Assembly (NCBI GenBank): GCA_965225945.1
Contig: CBDDBZ010000035.1
Coordinates: 96,001-160,000, forward strand
DNA: 64,000 nt
Origin: Alphaproteobacteria bacterium
GTDB lineage: Bacteria; Pseudomonadota; Alphaproteobacteria; GCA-2731375
Direction: 5' to 3'
Shown here: positions 1 through 10,206 of the stretch, piece after piece
How the letters are laid out: the number at the start of each line of letters is the position of its first letter
How positions within the stretch are numbered: position 1 is the stretch's first letter
The notes under the pieces: model-generated
Told to the model about the DNA's origin: nothing
Databases searched by the model: none
The model's input: the letters and a program-made list of their open reading frames with translations, nothing else
Position numbers and translations under genes: made by a program

Positions 1-1
1 C

Positions 2-748
2 AACACGCTGCTGCCGGTGGCCCAGGTGGGGGGCGAATTTGTCCGTGCCCTGCTGCTGGCACGCGGCGGCGTGGCCGCGTCGCGGGCCGGCGCGGGGGTC
101 GTCGTCGACCTCACCCTCGGTCTCGCGACCCTGGTGGTCTTCGCCGCGCTGGGGGTGGTGATCGCCGTGCTGGGCCTGGGCGGCGGTGGTGGCGGCGGCG
201 GCGACACCGTGCTCGGCGCCGGCATCGCCACCCTGGTGTTCGCGGGGCTGGTCGGGGGCTTCCTCTGGGCCCAGCGCAAGGGTCTCTTCGGTGCCATGGC
301 GCATGCCATCGGCGGCTTCACCGTGGGCGCGCGCTGGCTCGCCGTGGTCGGCGGGGCCGAAGCCCTCGACCGGGAAATCGATGCGCTCTACCGCCGCCCC
401 CGGGCGATCGGCCACTGCGCCTTCTGGCGCCTGGTGGGCTGGCTCGTCGGCGTGCTCGAGGTCTGGGCGATTCTCTGGTTTCTCGGGCAGGACGCGAGCC
501 TGGCGGAGGCCCTGGTGCTGGAGAGCCTGGGCCAGATCATCCGCAACGCCGGTTTCGCCATACCGGGCGCTCTCGGCGTGCAGGAGGGCGGCTTCCTCGC
601 CGTCGCCCTGCTGCTGGGCATGGGGCCCGAGGTCGGCCTCGCGATCTCCTTCGCCAAGCGGGCGCGGAGCCTCGTCGTCGGCCTGCCGATCCTGCTCGTC
701 TGGCAGCTCTCGGAGGGCCGCGCGCTCGCCCGTCGCTTGGAGCGGTGA
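2..748 (+). CDS. Lysylphosphatidylglycerol synthase TM-domain / HpnL-like membrane protein (5' partial)
   Basis: Frame is open from the window start (NTLLPVAQVGGEFVRA). Multi-TM protein with family motifs LPVAQVGGE and FAIPGALGVQEGG. Confidence 0.75.
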   Translation, partial: NTLLPVAQVGGEFVRALLLARGGVAASRAGAGVVVDLTLGLATLVVFAALGVVIAVLGLGGGGGGGGDTVLGAGIATLVFAGLVGGFLWAQRKGLFGAMAHAIGGFTVGARWLAVVGGAEALDREIDALYRRPRAIGHCAFWRLVGWLVGVLEVWAILWFLGQDASLAEALVLESLGQIIRNAGFAIPGALGVQEGGFLAVALLLGMGPEVGLAISFAKRARSLVVGLPILLVWQLSEGRALARRLER

Positions 749-751
749 GCT

Positions 752-2794
752 TCAGTCCCCGACTTGGATGTCCAGCCAGCCGAGCGGCGTGACGACGGCG
801 CGATCGCCGGGGCGGAGCAGCACGGTGGTGGTCGCGCTCTCGACGATGGCCGGCCCCGCGACGGCCTGGCCCGCGACCAGGTCGCCCAGCCGATAAATCG
901 GCACCTCGCGCCAACCGTCGAGGTGGATTTGCCGCCGCTGGGCGGGCGGTGCCGGGGCGCCGGTGGCGATCTCCGGCTCAGCTGGCGCCGTCGCCATCAG
1001 GCCAACGGCCGCCAGCTTGGCGTTCACCAGCACCACGTCCGAAGCGGGCAAGGCATAGGTGAAAAGCTGTTCGTGGCGGGCATGGAAGGCGTCGGCCAGC
1101 CGATCCATCAGATTCCCCGCCGCCCAGTCGATCTCGTCCAACGGCACGTCGATCTCGAAGACCTGCTCGCCGTAGCGCATGTCGGCGGCGCGGCGGATCG
1201 CCACCTTGCCGTCGTGCCAGTCGGCCATGCGCGTGCGCGCGTCCGCCTCCAGCTCGCCGTAGAGGGCGCGAAGGGTGCCCGCGTCGATCCGGCGAGTGTC
1301 GCCGATATGGGTCCGCGCGACCTCGAAGCGCAGCTCGCTCGCCAGCATCCCCCAGGCCGAGAGCACCGAGGCCGCGCGCGGCACCACCACGCGGGTGATG
1401 TCGAGCTGGCGGGCGAGCGCGCTCGCGTGCAGGCCGGCCGCACCACCGAAGGCGAGCAGGGCGAAGCGGCGCGGATCGACCCCCCGGCGCACGACGGCGA
1501 GGCGAATCCCTTCCGCCATCTTGGTGTTGACCACCCGGTGGACGCCGGCCGCCGCCGCCACGCGGTCGAGCCCGAGGGACGCGGCCACGGGATCGAGCGC
1601 GGCCGCCGCCGCCGCCCGGTCCAACCGCACCCGGCCACCGAGGAAGTTCCCCGGATCGAGATAGCCCAGCACGAGGTTGGCGTCGGTCACCGTCGCCGAT
1701 CGGCCGCCCCGGCCGTAGCAGGCGGGTCCGGGATCGGCGCCGGCGCTGCCCGGCCCGACCTGGAGCACGCCGCCCGCGTCCACATTTGCGATCGAGCCGC
1801 CGCCGGCGCCCAGCGTCACGATGTCGAGGCTCGGCAGCGCGATCCTCTCGCCGGCGATGCCGCGATCGGCGGCCAGCGTCGGCTCGCCCTCGACGATCAG
1901 CGAGATGTCGGTGCTGGTGCCACCCATGTCGAAGGGAATGAGGTCACCGTGGCCGAGCAATCCGGCCGAGGCGCGCGCGCCCGCCACCCCGCCGGCGGGG
2001 CCCGACAGCACCGCGCCGGCGGCGACCCGCGTCGCCTCGGCGATCGGCACCACGCCGCCGTGCGACTGGATGATCAGGATCGGCGCCCGGCAGCCGAATT
2101 TCGCCATCCGCTCGCTCAGGCGCGCGAGATAGCCCTCGAGGATCGGCCCGACATAGGCGTTCGCCACCGTGGTCGAGACCCGCTCGAATTCCTTGAAGCG
2201 CGGATAGATCTCCGACGAGATCGAGACATAGGCCCGGGGGAGCGCGGCGCGCACCCGCATCGCGACCCGGCGTTCGTGGTCACCGTCGAGATAGGCGTGC
2301 AGGAAGGCGATCGCCACGGCCTCCACCCGGGCCCGCTTCAGGCGGCGCAGCGCGCGTTCGACGGAGGCCTCGTCGAGCGGGATCTCGACCCCGCCGTCGG
2401 CCCGGAGCCGCTCGGCGATCGGCAGCCTCAATTCGCGCGGGACCAAGGGGTCCGGCCGGGCGAGGCGGAGGTTGTAGCGGTCCCACTTCAGGCCCTCGCG
2501 CATCTCCAGGATGTCGCGATGGCCCTCCGTGGTCAGCAGCGCGGTGCGCGGTCCCCGGCGCTGCAACAGGGCGTTGGTGGCGACCGTGGTGCCGTGGACG
2601 ATCCGGGTGGTCTCGGCCAGCAGCCGCTCGGTTCCGATCCCCAGCGCCTCGGCCAGGCGTTTGAGTCCGTCGACCACGCCGAGCGAGGGGTCCTCCGGCG
2701 TCGAGGGTGCCTTGGCGATGGTGACCCGGCCGGCCTCGTCGAGGGAGACCAGATCGGTGAAGGTACCGCCGACGTCGATGCCGAGCAGATACAT
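752..2794 (-). CDS. Hydantoinase/5-oxoprolinase subunit A family
   Basis: GIDVGGTFTD, HGTTVATNA, SGPAGG, DMGGTSTD, GAGGGSIA and PGPACYG motifs; 680 aa. Confidence 0.93.
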   Translation of the reverse strand: MYLLGIDVGGTFTDLVSLDEAGRVTIAKAPSTPEDPSLGVVDGLKRLAEALGIGTERLLAETTRIVHGTTVATNALLQRRGPRTALLTTEGHRDILEMREGLKWDRYNLRLARPDPLVPRELRLPIAERLRADGGVEIPLDEASVERALRRLKRARVEAVAIAFLHAYLDGDHERRVAMRVRAALPRAYVSISSEIYPRFKEFERVSTTVANAYVGPILEGYLARLSERMAKFGCRAPILIIQSHGGVVPIAEATRVAAGAVLSGPAGGVAGARASAGLLGHGDLIPFDMGGTSTDISLIVEGEPTLAADRGIAGERIALPSLDIVTLGAGGGSIANVDAGGVLQVGPGSAGADPGPACYGRGGRSATVTDANLVLGYLDPGNFLGGRVRLDRAAAAAALDPVAASLGLDRVAAAAGVHRVVNTKMAEGIRLAVVRRGVDPRRFALLAFGGAAGLHASALARQLDITRVVVPRAASVLSAWGMLASELRFEVARTHIGDTRRIDAGTLRALYGELEADARTRMADWHDGKVAIRRAADMRYGEQVFEIDVPLDEIDWAAGNLMDRLADAFHARHEQLFTYALPASDVVLVNAKLAAVGLMATAPAEPEIATGAPAPPAQRRQIHLDGWREVPIYRLGDLVAGQAVAGPAIVESATTTVLLRPGDRAVVTPLGWLDIQVGD

Positions 2795-2797
2795 CGG

Positions 2798-4465
2798 CTA
2801 GCGCGTCTTGGCCGCGCGGGCGCGAATCAAGCCCTCGCGACGGTCGCGCGCGTCGAGGCCGGCGTCACGCTGCGGGGCCGGTCCCCAGCCGCCACCACCG
2901 CCCGAGTGGATCTCGAAAACGACGCCCGGTTCCACCACCACGCCTTCCTCCTTGGTCAGCAGGCGGCGGCGCCGTTTGCCGGGGCTGCGGATGGCGTAAT
3001 CGTGCGGCCGGCCGTCCTCGCCACCGTTCATGCCGCAGGCGCCGTGGCGGGCGCCGTCGCCGGCGGTATTGACCACGGCCGGTTTCGCCGTCTCCAGCCT
3101 GAGTTCCAGATCGACGCCGGCGCCGCCCCGGTACTTGCCGGCGCCACCGGAATCGGGGCGGAATTCGTGCCGGCCGAAATAAAGCGGATAGCGCGCCTCC
3201 GCCACCTCGATGCTGCCGAACTTCAAGCCGCCGGCGGAATGCCATTCGCCGACCGCGTGCCAGCCGTCGCCGCCGGCCGACGCCCCACCCCCCGGGCGGG
3301 CATGGAAGAGGTGCCAGATGAACTGCTTGCCGGTTCTCGGATCCTCACCCGAGATGGCGATCCGGAAGCGCCGGCCCCAGCCGGCCATGGCCCGCTCGGG
3401 ACAGGCCTGGGCCAGCGCCTTGACGATCGCCTCGATGATCTCCTGCGCGCAGTGCGAGGTGCACAGCGTCACCGGCGCCCCCGGCGCGGCCCAGACCACC
3501 GTGCCCTCCCGCGCTTTGACGGTGACGGCGCGCAACATGCCGTCGTTCTTCGCCACCTCCGGGTCCACCATGTAGGCGATCGCCATGGCCACGGCGGAGC
3601 GCATGTTGGCGTAACTCGAGTTGATGAAGCTGGTGGTCTGGGGATCGGAGCCCTCGAGATCGATCACCAATTCGGAGCCCCTTACCGTGACCTCGGCGCG
3701 GACGGTGATGTCCTCGTTGCCGCGGCCGTCGTCGTCCAGCATCGCGCTCCCGTGGTAGGTGCCGTCGGCCCAAGTCGCGAAGATGGCGCGGGCCTGGCGC
3801 TCGGCCGCGTCCATGATCCGTTCCCCGGCCGCCAGCACGACCTCGGGCCCATATTCCGCCATCAGGGCGCGGACCCGCCGCTCGCCGATATGGACCGAGC
3901 CGATCATGGCGAAGAGATCGCCCTTGAAGTCGCTCGGATGGCGGACGTTGGCGGACAGCATCTCCAACACGTCCTCGCGCAAGACCCCCTGGTCGTGCAG
4001 TTTCAAGGGCGGAATTCTCAGCCCCTCGTGCCAGATCTCCGTCGCGTTCGCGTTGTAGGCGCCGTGGGTGGCGCCGCCGATATCGCTCTGATGTGCCCGG
4101 TTGAGCGACCAGAAGGCCAACTGCCCATCGGCGAAGACGGGGACCACGGCGGTGATGTCGGGCAGGTGGCTGCCACCGTAACAGGGATCGTTCAGCAGGT
4201 AGACGTCGCCCGGCCGGGCCTGGGCGGCGAAGACCTCGGCGACGCTGCGGGCGGCCCAGGGCATGGCGCCGACATGCACGGGGATGTGCTCCGCCTGGGC
4301 CACCAGGTCGCCCTCGGCGGTACAGAGCGCGGCTGAAAAGTCGCGGCTGGAGTTCAGGATCTGGGAATAGGAGGTGCGCAGCATCGCCTCCCCCATCTCT
4401 TCCACGATGGCCGTCAAGCGGTGCTGCATCACCGAGACGGTGATGGGGTCGACGTCGATGGTCAT
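2798..4465 (-). CDS. Hydantoinase B/5-oxoprolinase subunit B family
   Basis: Start reassigned to ATG at 4465 (MTIDVDPITVSV). Motifs EMG..MLRTSYS, NDPCYGGSHLPD, HQSDIGG, EGLRIPP, DSGGAGKYRGG. Confidence 0.92.
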   Translation of the reverse strand: MTIDVDPITVSVMQHRLTAIVEEMGEAMLRTSYSQILNSSRDFSAALCTAEGDLVAQAEHIPVHVGAMPWAARSVAEVFAAQARPGDVYLLNDPCYGGSHLPDITAVVPVFADGQLAFWSLNRAHQSDIGGATHGAYNANATEIWHEGLRIPPLKLHDQGVLREDVLEMLSANVRHPSDFKGDLFAMIGSVHIGERRVRALMAEYGPEVVLAAGERIMDAAERQARAIFATWADGTYHGSAMLDDDGRGNEDITVRAEVTVRGSELVIDLEGSDPQTTSFINSSYANMRSAVAMAIAYMVDPEVAKNDGMLRAVTVKAREGTVVWAAPGAPVTLCTSHCAQEIIEAIVKALAQACPERAMAGWGRRFRIAISGEDPRTGKQFIWHLFHARPGGGASAGGDGWHAVGEWHSAGGLKFGSIEVAEARYPLYFGRHEFRPDSGGAGKYRGGAGVDLELRLETAKPAVVNTAGDGARHGACGMNGGEDGRPHDYAIRSPGKRRRRLLTKEEGVVVEPGVVFEIHSGGGGGWGPAPQRDAGLDARDRREGLIRARAAKTR

Positions 4466-4592
4466 GGCCGTCCTCGCGCGGGTTTTGGCTGGGCGAGGAT
4501 AGCCCGCATCCGACGGCGCACAAGGGGCGGGGATGGCTTGCCCTCCTGGATGGTCGTAAGCTCGCGACCGGCGCGGGCGGGGAAAGCGAGGC

Positions 4593-6113
4593 ATGGTCTC
4601 GAAAATCAACACGGTCGCCTTCCAGGGCATCGACGTGGTCGACGTCGACGTGCAAGTGCAGATCGCGGGTGGCCTGCCGACCTTCACCATCGTCGGCCTG
4701 CCCGACAAGGCGGTGGCGGAGAGCCGGGAGCGGGTGCGCGCCGCGCTCTCGGCGATCGGCCTGGCGCTGCCGCCCGAACGCATTACCGTCAACCTGGCGC
4801 CGGCCGACCCGCCGAAGGAGGGCAGCCACTTCGACCTGCCGATCGCCCTCGGCCTGCTGGCCGCGATGCGGGTGCTGCCGGACGGCGAGATGGCGGGCTA
4901 CCTGGCGCTGGGCGAACTGTCGCTCGACGGCTCGCTCACCGCCGTCGCTGGCGTGCTGCCGGCGGCGATCCACGCCAGCGCCAAGTCCCTGGGCCTGATC
5001 TGTCCCCGGGCGCAGGGGGGCGAGGCGGCCTGGGCGGCGGAGATCGAGATCCTGGCGCCGGCCGACCTCTTGGGGCTGATCAACCACGTCAAGGGCGATC
5101 AGGTGCTGACCTCGCCCGAGCCGCGCCTGATCGAGACGCCGAAAAGCGGCCTCGACCTCGCCGACATCAAGGGCCAGGAAAGCGCCAAGCGGGCGCTGGA
5201 GGTGGCGGCGGCCGGCGCCCACCATCTGCTGCTGATCGGCCCGCCGGGCGCCGGCAAGTCGATGCTGGCGGAGCGGCTCCCTGGCCTCCTGCCGAACCTC
5301 GACGCGGGCGAGGCGCTGGAGGTCTCGATGATCCATTCGCTCGCCGGCGCGCTGCCTGAAGGCGGGCTGGTGAGCCGGCGGCCCTATCGCAACCCGCATC
5401 ATTCCGCCTCGATGGCGGCGCTGGTGGGCGGCGGCCGGCGGGGCCGGCCGGGCGAGATTTCGCTGGCCCACATGGGCGTCCTGTTCCTGGACGAGCTGCC
5501 GGAATTTCAGCGCCAGGCGCTGGAGGCACTACGCCAACCGCTGGAGAGCGGGCGGGCCATCGTCGCCCGCGCCGACACCCACGTCCCCTACCCCTCGCGG
5601 GTGCAGCTGGTGGCGGCGATGAACCCCTGTAAATGCGGCTATCTGGACGACCCGGCGCAGGCCTGCCCCAGGGCGCCGCGCTGTGCCCGGGAGTATCAGT
5701 CGCGGATCTCCGGCCCGCTGTTGGACCGGATCGACATTCACGTCGAGGTGCCCGCCGTCAGCGCCGCCGACCTGGGCCTGCCGGCGCCAGCCGAGCGCTC
5801 GGCCGACATCGCCGCGCGGATCGCCGCCGCTCGGCTGATCCAGAAGCAACGCTACGCCGAGCTGGCGCCCGACGCCGGCATCCGCACCAACGCGGGGGCC
5901 AACGGCGAACTGTTGGAGCAGGTCGCGGCGCCCGATGCCGAGGGCCGGCGTCTGTTGGCCGAGGCGACGGGGACCATGCGGCTCTCCGCGCGGGGCTATC
6001 ACCGGGTCTTGAAGGTGGCGCGAAGCTTGGCGGATCTCGACGGCGGCGGCCCCGTCCGCCACCTCCACGTCGCCGAAGCGGTGAGTTATCGCCGGCAGCG
6101 GTTCGTGAACTGA
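4593..6113 (+). CDS. comM: YifB/ComM Mg-chelatase-like AAA+ ATPase
   Basis: IVGLPDKAVAESRERV, Walker A GPPGAGKS, PHHSAS, GEISLAH.GVLFLDE, NPCKCG, ISGPLLDRID, LSARGYHRVLKVAR. Confidence 0.93.
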   Translation: MVSKINTVAFQGIDVVDVDVQVQIAGGLPTFTIVGLPDKAVAESRERVRAALSAIGLALPPERITVNLAPADPPKEGSHFDLPIALGLLAAMRVLPDGEMAGYLALGELSLDGSLTAVAGVLPAAIHASAKSLGLICPRAQGGEAAWAAEIEILAPADLLGLINHVKGDQVLTSPEPRLIETPKSGLDLADIKGQESAKRALEVAAAGAHHLLLIGPPGAGKSMLAERLPGLLPNLDAGEALEVSMIHSLAGALPEGGLVSRRPYRNPHHSASMAALVGGGRRGRPGEISLAHMGVLFLDELPEFQRQALEALRQPLESGRAIVARADTHVPYPSRVQLVAAMNPCKCGYLDDPAQACPRAPRCAREYQSRISGPLLDRIDIHVEVPAVSAADLGLPAPAERSADIAARIAAARLIQKQRYAELAPDAGIRTNAGANGELLEQVAAPDAEGRRLLAEATGTMRLSARGYHRVLKVARSLADLDGGGPVRHLHVAEAVSYRRQRFVN

Positions 6114-6120
6114 GCGAGTC

Positions 6121-7989
6121 TCACGACCTCCCCTCCGGCATCTCGTCCTCGATATCGTCGAAGCTGGCGTAGTTCATCGCGTAGAGCCGGCTGTAGAGCC
6201 CGCCGCTCGCCATCAGGCCTGCGTGGTCGTCGATCTCGTTCACCCGGCCGTCCTGCAACACCACGATTCTGTCGGCGTTCCTGACCGTCGCCAGGCGATG
6301 GGCGATCACCAGCGCCGTCCGTCCCACCAACAGACGCGCCAGCGCGCGCTGGATCTGCAGCTCGGTATAGCTGTCGACGCTCGCCGTCGCCTCGTCCAGC
6401 ACCAATATCCGGGCATCGGCGACCAGCGCGCGGGCGAAGCTCAGCAACTGGCGCTGGCCGAGCGAGAGATTGACGCCGCCCTGCTCGAGCTCGCTTCCAT
6501 AGCCCTTTTCCAGCCGGCGGATGAAGGCGTCGGCGCCCACCGCCTCGGCCGCGCGGACCACCTCTTCCTCGCTCGCCTCCGGGCGGGCATAGCGGATGTT
6601 TTCCAGGATCGTGCCGGTGAAGAGATAGGGCTCCTGCAGGACCATGGCGATATGGCGCCCGAGGGAGGCTTGCGTGAGGTCGCGGACGTCGTGGCCGCCG
6701 ATCCGGACCTCGCCCTCCCAGACGTCGTAGAAGCGGTGCGCCAGCGCCATCAGGCTGGTCTTGCCGGAGCCGGTGGGTCCGACCACGGCGACCGTCTCGC
6801 CCGGCGCCACCCGGAAGGAGACGCCGTGCAGGATTGGCTGGCCCGGCACATAGCCGAAGGTGACGTCGCGGAATTCCACCGCGCCGTCGATTTTCCCCGG
6901 AGCCAGCGCGCCCGGGCGGTCCTCGACCTCGATCTCCACGTCCATCACCTCGAAGATGCGCTGCCCCGCCGCCATCGCCCGCTGCATGATGGAATATTGG
7001 ATGGTCAGCGAGCGGATCGGATCGAAGAAGCGCTGCACATAGAACAGGAAGGCGACCATCACGCCGACGTCGAGCGCGCGCTCCAGCACCAGGCCGCCGC
7101 CGACCACGACGACGATAGCCATCGCCGAGCCGGTCATCGTGTCGACGATCGGGATCATCACGTTGGTGAATTTGGAGGCGGCGAGATGCGCCTTCAGGTT
7201 GTTGCGGGCCTTGTCTTCGAAGAGGCTGAAGTTGACGTCCTCGCGCCGGAGCTCCTGCACCACGCGGACGCCGTGGACGTTCTCCGCCAAGGCGGCGTTG
7301 ACGGCGCTGCTGGCTTCCCTGGCGGCCATGAAGGCGCGCCTCGCCATGGGCAGCCAGACGATCCGCACCAGGAAGATGATCGGCACGACCGAGAGCGTCA
7401 GCGCGCCCAATCTCGGGTCGAGCGCGAGGAGCACACAGACGATGCCGAGCAGCAGGACGAAGTCGCCGATCGCGAAAATCGAGGATTCGAGGAATTCCTG
7501 CAGCGCGTAGACATCGCCCTGCAGGCGCGACATCAGCCGGCCCACCTCGGTCTTGTCCATGAAGGAGAGCGAGACCACCTGAAGATGCGCATACATCGCC
7601 CGGCGCAGGTCGAACAGCAGATGGCTCGCGACCCGGCCGACGATGGTCTCCTGCGTATGGTTGGCGACGTAGTTGACGACGACGACGGCGAGAAAGATCC
7701 CGACCATGAGATCGAGCAGCGCCCGGCCTTCCGCCCCGCTTCCCACCGCGTCGTCGATCGCGTGGCGGATCACCAGGGGAATGGTGAGCTGGCTCGCGGT
7801 GTAGACCATGACGGCGGCGACGGCGATCGCCAGCCGCCGGCGATAGGGCCAGACATAGCCGAACATGCGCCGGACGACCCATTGGTCGAAGACCCGGCCG
7901 AACAGCTCCTCGTCTTGGGAGATCTGCGAGCCGACGACGGCGAGCGGCGGGCGGCGCTCGGCGGGCTCCAGGGTCCGGCCGGCGGTCAC
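6121..7989 (-). CDS. ABC exporter, fused TMD-NBD (heterodimer subunit 2)
   Basis: Start is probably GTG at 7989, overlapping the upstream stop (GTGA). Walker A GPTGSGKT, signature LSLGQ, Walker B LVLDEATASVD. Confidence 0.9.
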   Translation of the reverse strand: MTAGRTLEPAERRPPLAVVGSQISQDEELFGRVFDQWVVRRMFGYVWPYRRRLAIAVAAVMVYTASQLTIPLVIRHAIDDAVGSGAEGRALLDLMVGIFLAVVVVNYVANHTQETIVGRVASHLLFDLRRAMYAHLQVVSLSFMDKTEVGRLMSRLQGDVYALQEFLESSIFAIGDFVLLLGIVCVLLALDPRLGALTLSVVPIIFLVRIVWLPMARRAFMAAREASSAVNAALAENVHGVRVVQELRREDVNFSLFEDKARNNLKAHLAASKFTNVMIPIVDTMTGSAMAIVVVVGGGLVLERALDVGVMVAFLFYVQRFFDPIRSLTIQYSIMQRAMAAGQRIFEVMDVEIEVEDRPGALAPGKIDGAVEFRDVTFGYVPGQPILHGVSFRVAPGETVAVVGPTGSGKTSLMALAHRFYDVWEGEVRIGGHDVRDLTQASLGRHIAMVLQEPYLFTGTILENIRYARPEASEEEVVRAAEAVGADAFIRRLEKGYGSELEQGGVNLSLGQRQLLSFARALVADARILVLDEATASVDSYTELQIQRALARLLVGRTALVIAHRLATVRNADRIVVLQDGRVNEIDDHAGLMASGGLYSRLYAMNYASFDDIEDEMPEGRS

Positions 7990-9872
7990 GGGCCCGCCTC
8001 GCCGCCCGCCCGCTCCGAGCCGGCGGCGCTGGCCTGTAGCCGATAGAGATCGCCATAGCGGCCGCCGAGCGCCAGCAGCTCGTCGTGGCTGCCGCGCTCG
8101 ATGATCCGTCCCGCCTCCAGGAACAGGATCTCGTCCGCGTGCATCAGCGAGCTGAGGCGATGGGCGATGATGACGACCGCCCGCTCCTGGACGATCTCTT
8201 TCAGCGCGGTGCGGATCCGCCGCTCGGTGGCGGCATCGACCGCGGCGGTGGAATCGTCGAACACGAGCACCCGGCTCTCCGGCAAAATGCCGCGCGCGAT
8301 CGCCAGGCGTTGGCGCTGACCGCCGGAGAGCGTCACGCCGCGCTCGCCGACCAGGGTGGCGTAACGTCCGGGGAGCCCGCGGATATAGTTGTGCAGCTGC
8401 GCCGCCGCCGAGGAGCGCTCGATGTCCGCGCGACCGGCCCAGGGATCGCCGTAGGCGACGTTGTGGTCGATGCTGGCGGTGAAGAGGAAGGGGTCCTGCT
8501 GCACGACCGCCACCGCCTGGCGCAGCGATCTGAGCGTGACCTCGCGGATGTCCTGGCCGTCGATGGTGATACGGCCGGCGTCGACGTCGTGGTAGCGGCC
8601 CATCAGATGGGCGATCGTCGTCTTGCCGCTGCCGGGCGGACCGACGATGCCGATGGTCTTGCCGGGCCGAGCCTCGAAGTCGATGCCCGAGAGCGTGCGG
8701 GCATCCGCCGCCCAGGCCGGGTAGCGGAAGTCCACGCCCTCGAAGCGCAGCACGCCGGCGCCGGCCTCCAGATCGGGGGCGCCCGGGCGGTCGGCGACCG
8801 AGGGCACCAGATCGAGAACGGCGAACAGCCGGCCACCGCAGGTCGACGCGCGGGCGAGCGAGTTGACCATCCAGCCGACCTGGCGCACCGGCATCTGCAG
8901 GATGGTCATGAAGGCGAGGAACTCGGCGAACTGGCCGAGCGTGATCTCGCCCTCGATGGTCTTGGCCCCGCCGACCCAGAGCACCAGTCCCAAGGTGAGA
9001 AAATAGACGAAGGTCATCTGCGTCGTGCTCTGGACGAAGTAGCCGATCCGCCGTTGCGAGATCGCCAGCGCGCGGGCCGAGATCACGTCGTAGCGCGCGA
9101 GCTCGTGCGCCTGCGCCGCGAAGGCACGGACGACGCGGATGCCGCCGAGGTTCTCCTCCATCACCTTGGTGAGCGCCGAAAGCTCGTCCTGAAGCGCGAG
9201 CCAGGTGTCCCTGAGCTTGAGCCGGGCGAAGGAGGCGCGGATGGCGACGATGGGCACGAAGCCGAGCGCCACGAGGCAGAGCGTGCCGTCGATCCGGTAG
9301 AGGATGGTGGCGCCGCCGCCGATCAGCACGGTCAGCAGGATCGATCGCAAGACGCCGGTGTCGACCCAGAGGCGGACCCCCTCGATGTCGAGGATGCCGC
9401 GAGTCATCAGGTCGCCGCTGTGCACCCGGTCGTGCCAGGAGAAACTCAGTTGCTGGAGCTTGCGATAGTAGGCCCGGCGCAGATCGAAGCCGATGCTCTG
9501 GCCCACCGCCTCGCCCTGGTAGTTCTGCATCATGGCGCAGAGGCCGCGGGCGACGCTGGCGCCGATCAGCAACATAGCGGTGGCGAACAGCGCCTCGGCC
9601 GCCGCCGCCTTGGCCGCCGCACCGCTGGTCTCGACCAGCAGGCCGTGGGCCTGGTCGATGGCGCGACCCAGAAACTGCGGCACGAACAACTGGAAGCTCG
9701 CGGCCATCAGCGTGGCCACGATGGCGATGGCCATGCGCAGGCGATGGCGGAACGCCATCGTGGTAATGCGCCACAGCACCGCCGAGTCGAGCCTGGAGAC
9801 GTCGATCCGATAGCTGGAGGACGCCTCGGTGTCGACCGTCCCGCGCCGCCGCGCGGCCCAATTCGATTCCAT
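7986..9872 (-). CDS. ABC exporter, fused TMD-NBD (heterodimer subunit 1)
   Basis: TM domain followed by GPPGSGKT, LSGGQRQR and degenerate Walker B VFDDSTAAVD. Exact start is uncertain. Confidence 0.9.
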   Translation of the reverse strand: MESNWAARRRGTVDTEASSSYRIDVSRLDSAVLWRITTMAFRHRLRMAIAIVATLMAASFQLFVPQFLGRAIDQAHGLLVETSGAAAKAAAAEALFATAMLLIGASVARGLCAMMQNYQGEAVGQSIGFDLRRAYYRKLQQLSFSWHDRVHSGDLMTRGILDIEGVRLWVDTGVLRSILLTVLIGGGATILYRIDGTLCLVALGFVPIVAIRASFARLKLRDTWLALQDELSALTKVMEENLGGIRVVRAFAAQAHELARYDVISARALAISQRRIGYFVQSTTQMTFVYFLTLGLVLWVGGAKTIEGEITLGQFAEFLAFMTILQMPVRQVGWMVNSLARASTCGGRLFAVLDLVPSVADRPGAPDLEAGAGVLRFEGVDFRYPAWAADARTLSGIDFEARPGKTIGIVGPPGSGKTTIAHLMGRYHDVDAGRITIDGQDIREVTLRSLRQAVAVVQQDPFLFTASIDHNVAYGDPWAGRADIERSSAAAQLHNYIRGLPGRYATLVGERGVTLSGGQRQRLAIARGILPESRVLVFDDSTAAVDAATERRIRTALKEIVQERAVVIIAHRLSSLMHADEILFLEAGRIIERGSHDELLALGGRYGDLYRLQASAAGSERAGGEAGP

Positions 9873-9989
9873 GCAAGCGAGATTACCGCAAGCCGCGTCC
9901 CCGCGCCGCATCGTCACCGCCGCCGCGACGATTTTTCCGGCGCGACGCGCCCGGCGCCGGTGGACGGCGCCACGGCGGGGAGGCTAGCG

Positions 9990-10190
9990 ATGGCCTTGGG
10001 GACGATAACGGTCGCGCGGCGGCCCCGGCCCGACGAGACTTACGTCATCGTCGCCTGCGAGACGGGACGCGAGGGCTGCAAGCTCCTGGCCGAGGCGGCA
10101 ATCCGAGACACGGACGGCGCCACCCTCGCGGTCGCCAAGGGCACCTGGATCCTGGTCGTGCGCGAAGTCCAACTCGACGCGGCGCCCTGA
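9990..10190 (+). pseudogene. C-terminal remnant of a hotdog-fold (PaaI-like) thioesterase
   Basis: LGTITVARRPRPDETYVIVACETGREGCKLLAEAAIRDTDGATLAVAKGTWI resembles the final beta-strands of hotdog-fold proteins. The N-terminal half is absent. Confidence 0.45.
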
Positions 10191-10206
10191 GGCGTGCCCG
10201 ACGCCT

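Noticed and set aside
178-202. Poly-Gly tract as a phase-variable repeat
   Set aside because: Mixed GGC/GGT triplets stay in frame in a loop, so slippage would not switch expression.
764-4336. 1190-aa plus-strand ORF (likewise 44207-47233, 8085-10190, 18563-20473 and similar)
   Set aside because: Antisense shadows of well-supported genes; long stop-free frames are expected at this GC content.
6121-9876. Apparent 1251-aa giant ABC protein
   Set aside because: The N-terminal half is an off-frame read of the upstream ABC gene; the real genes overlap at GTGA 7986-7989.
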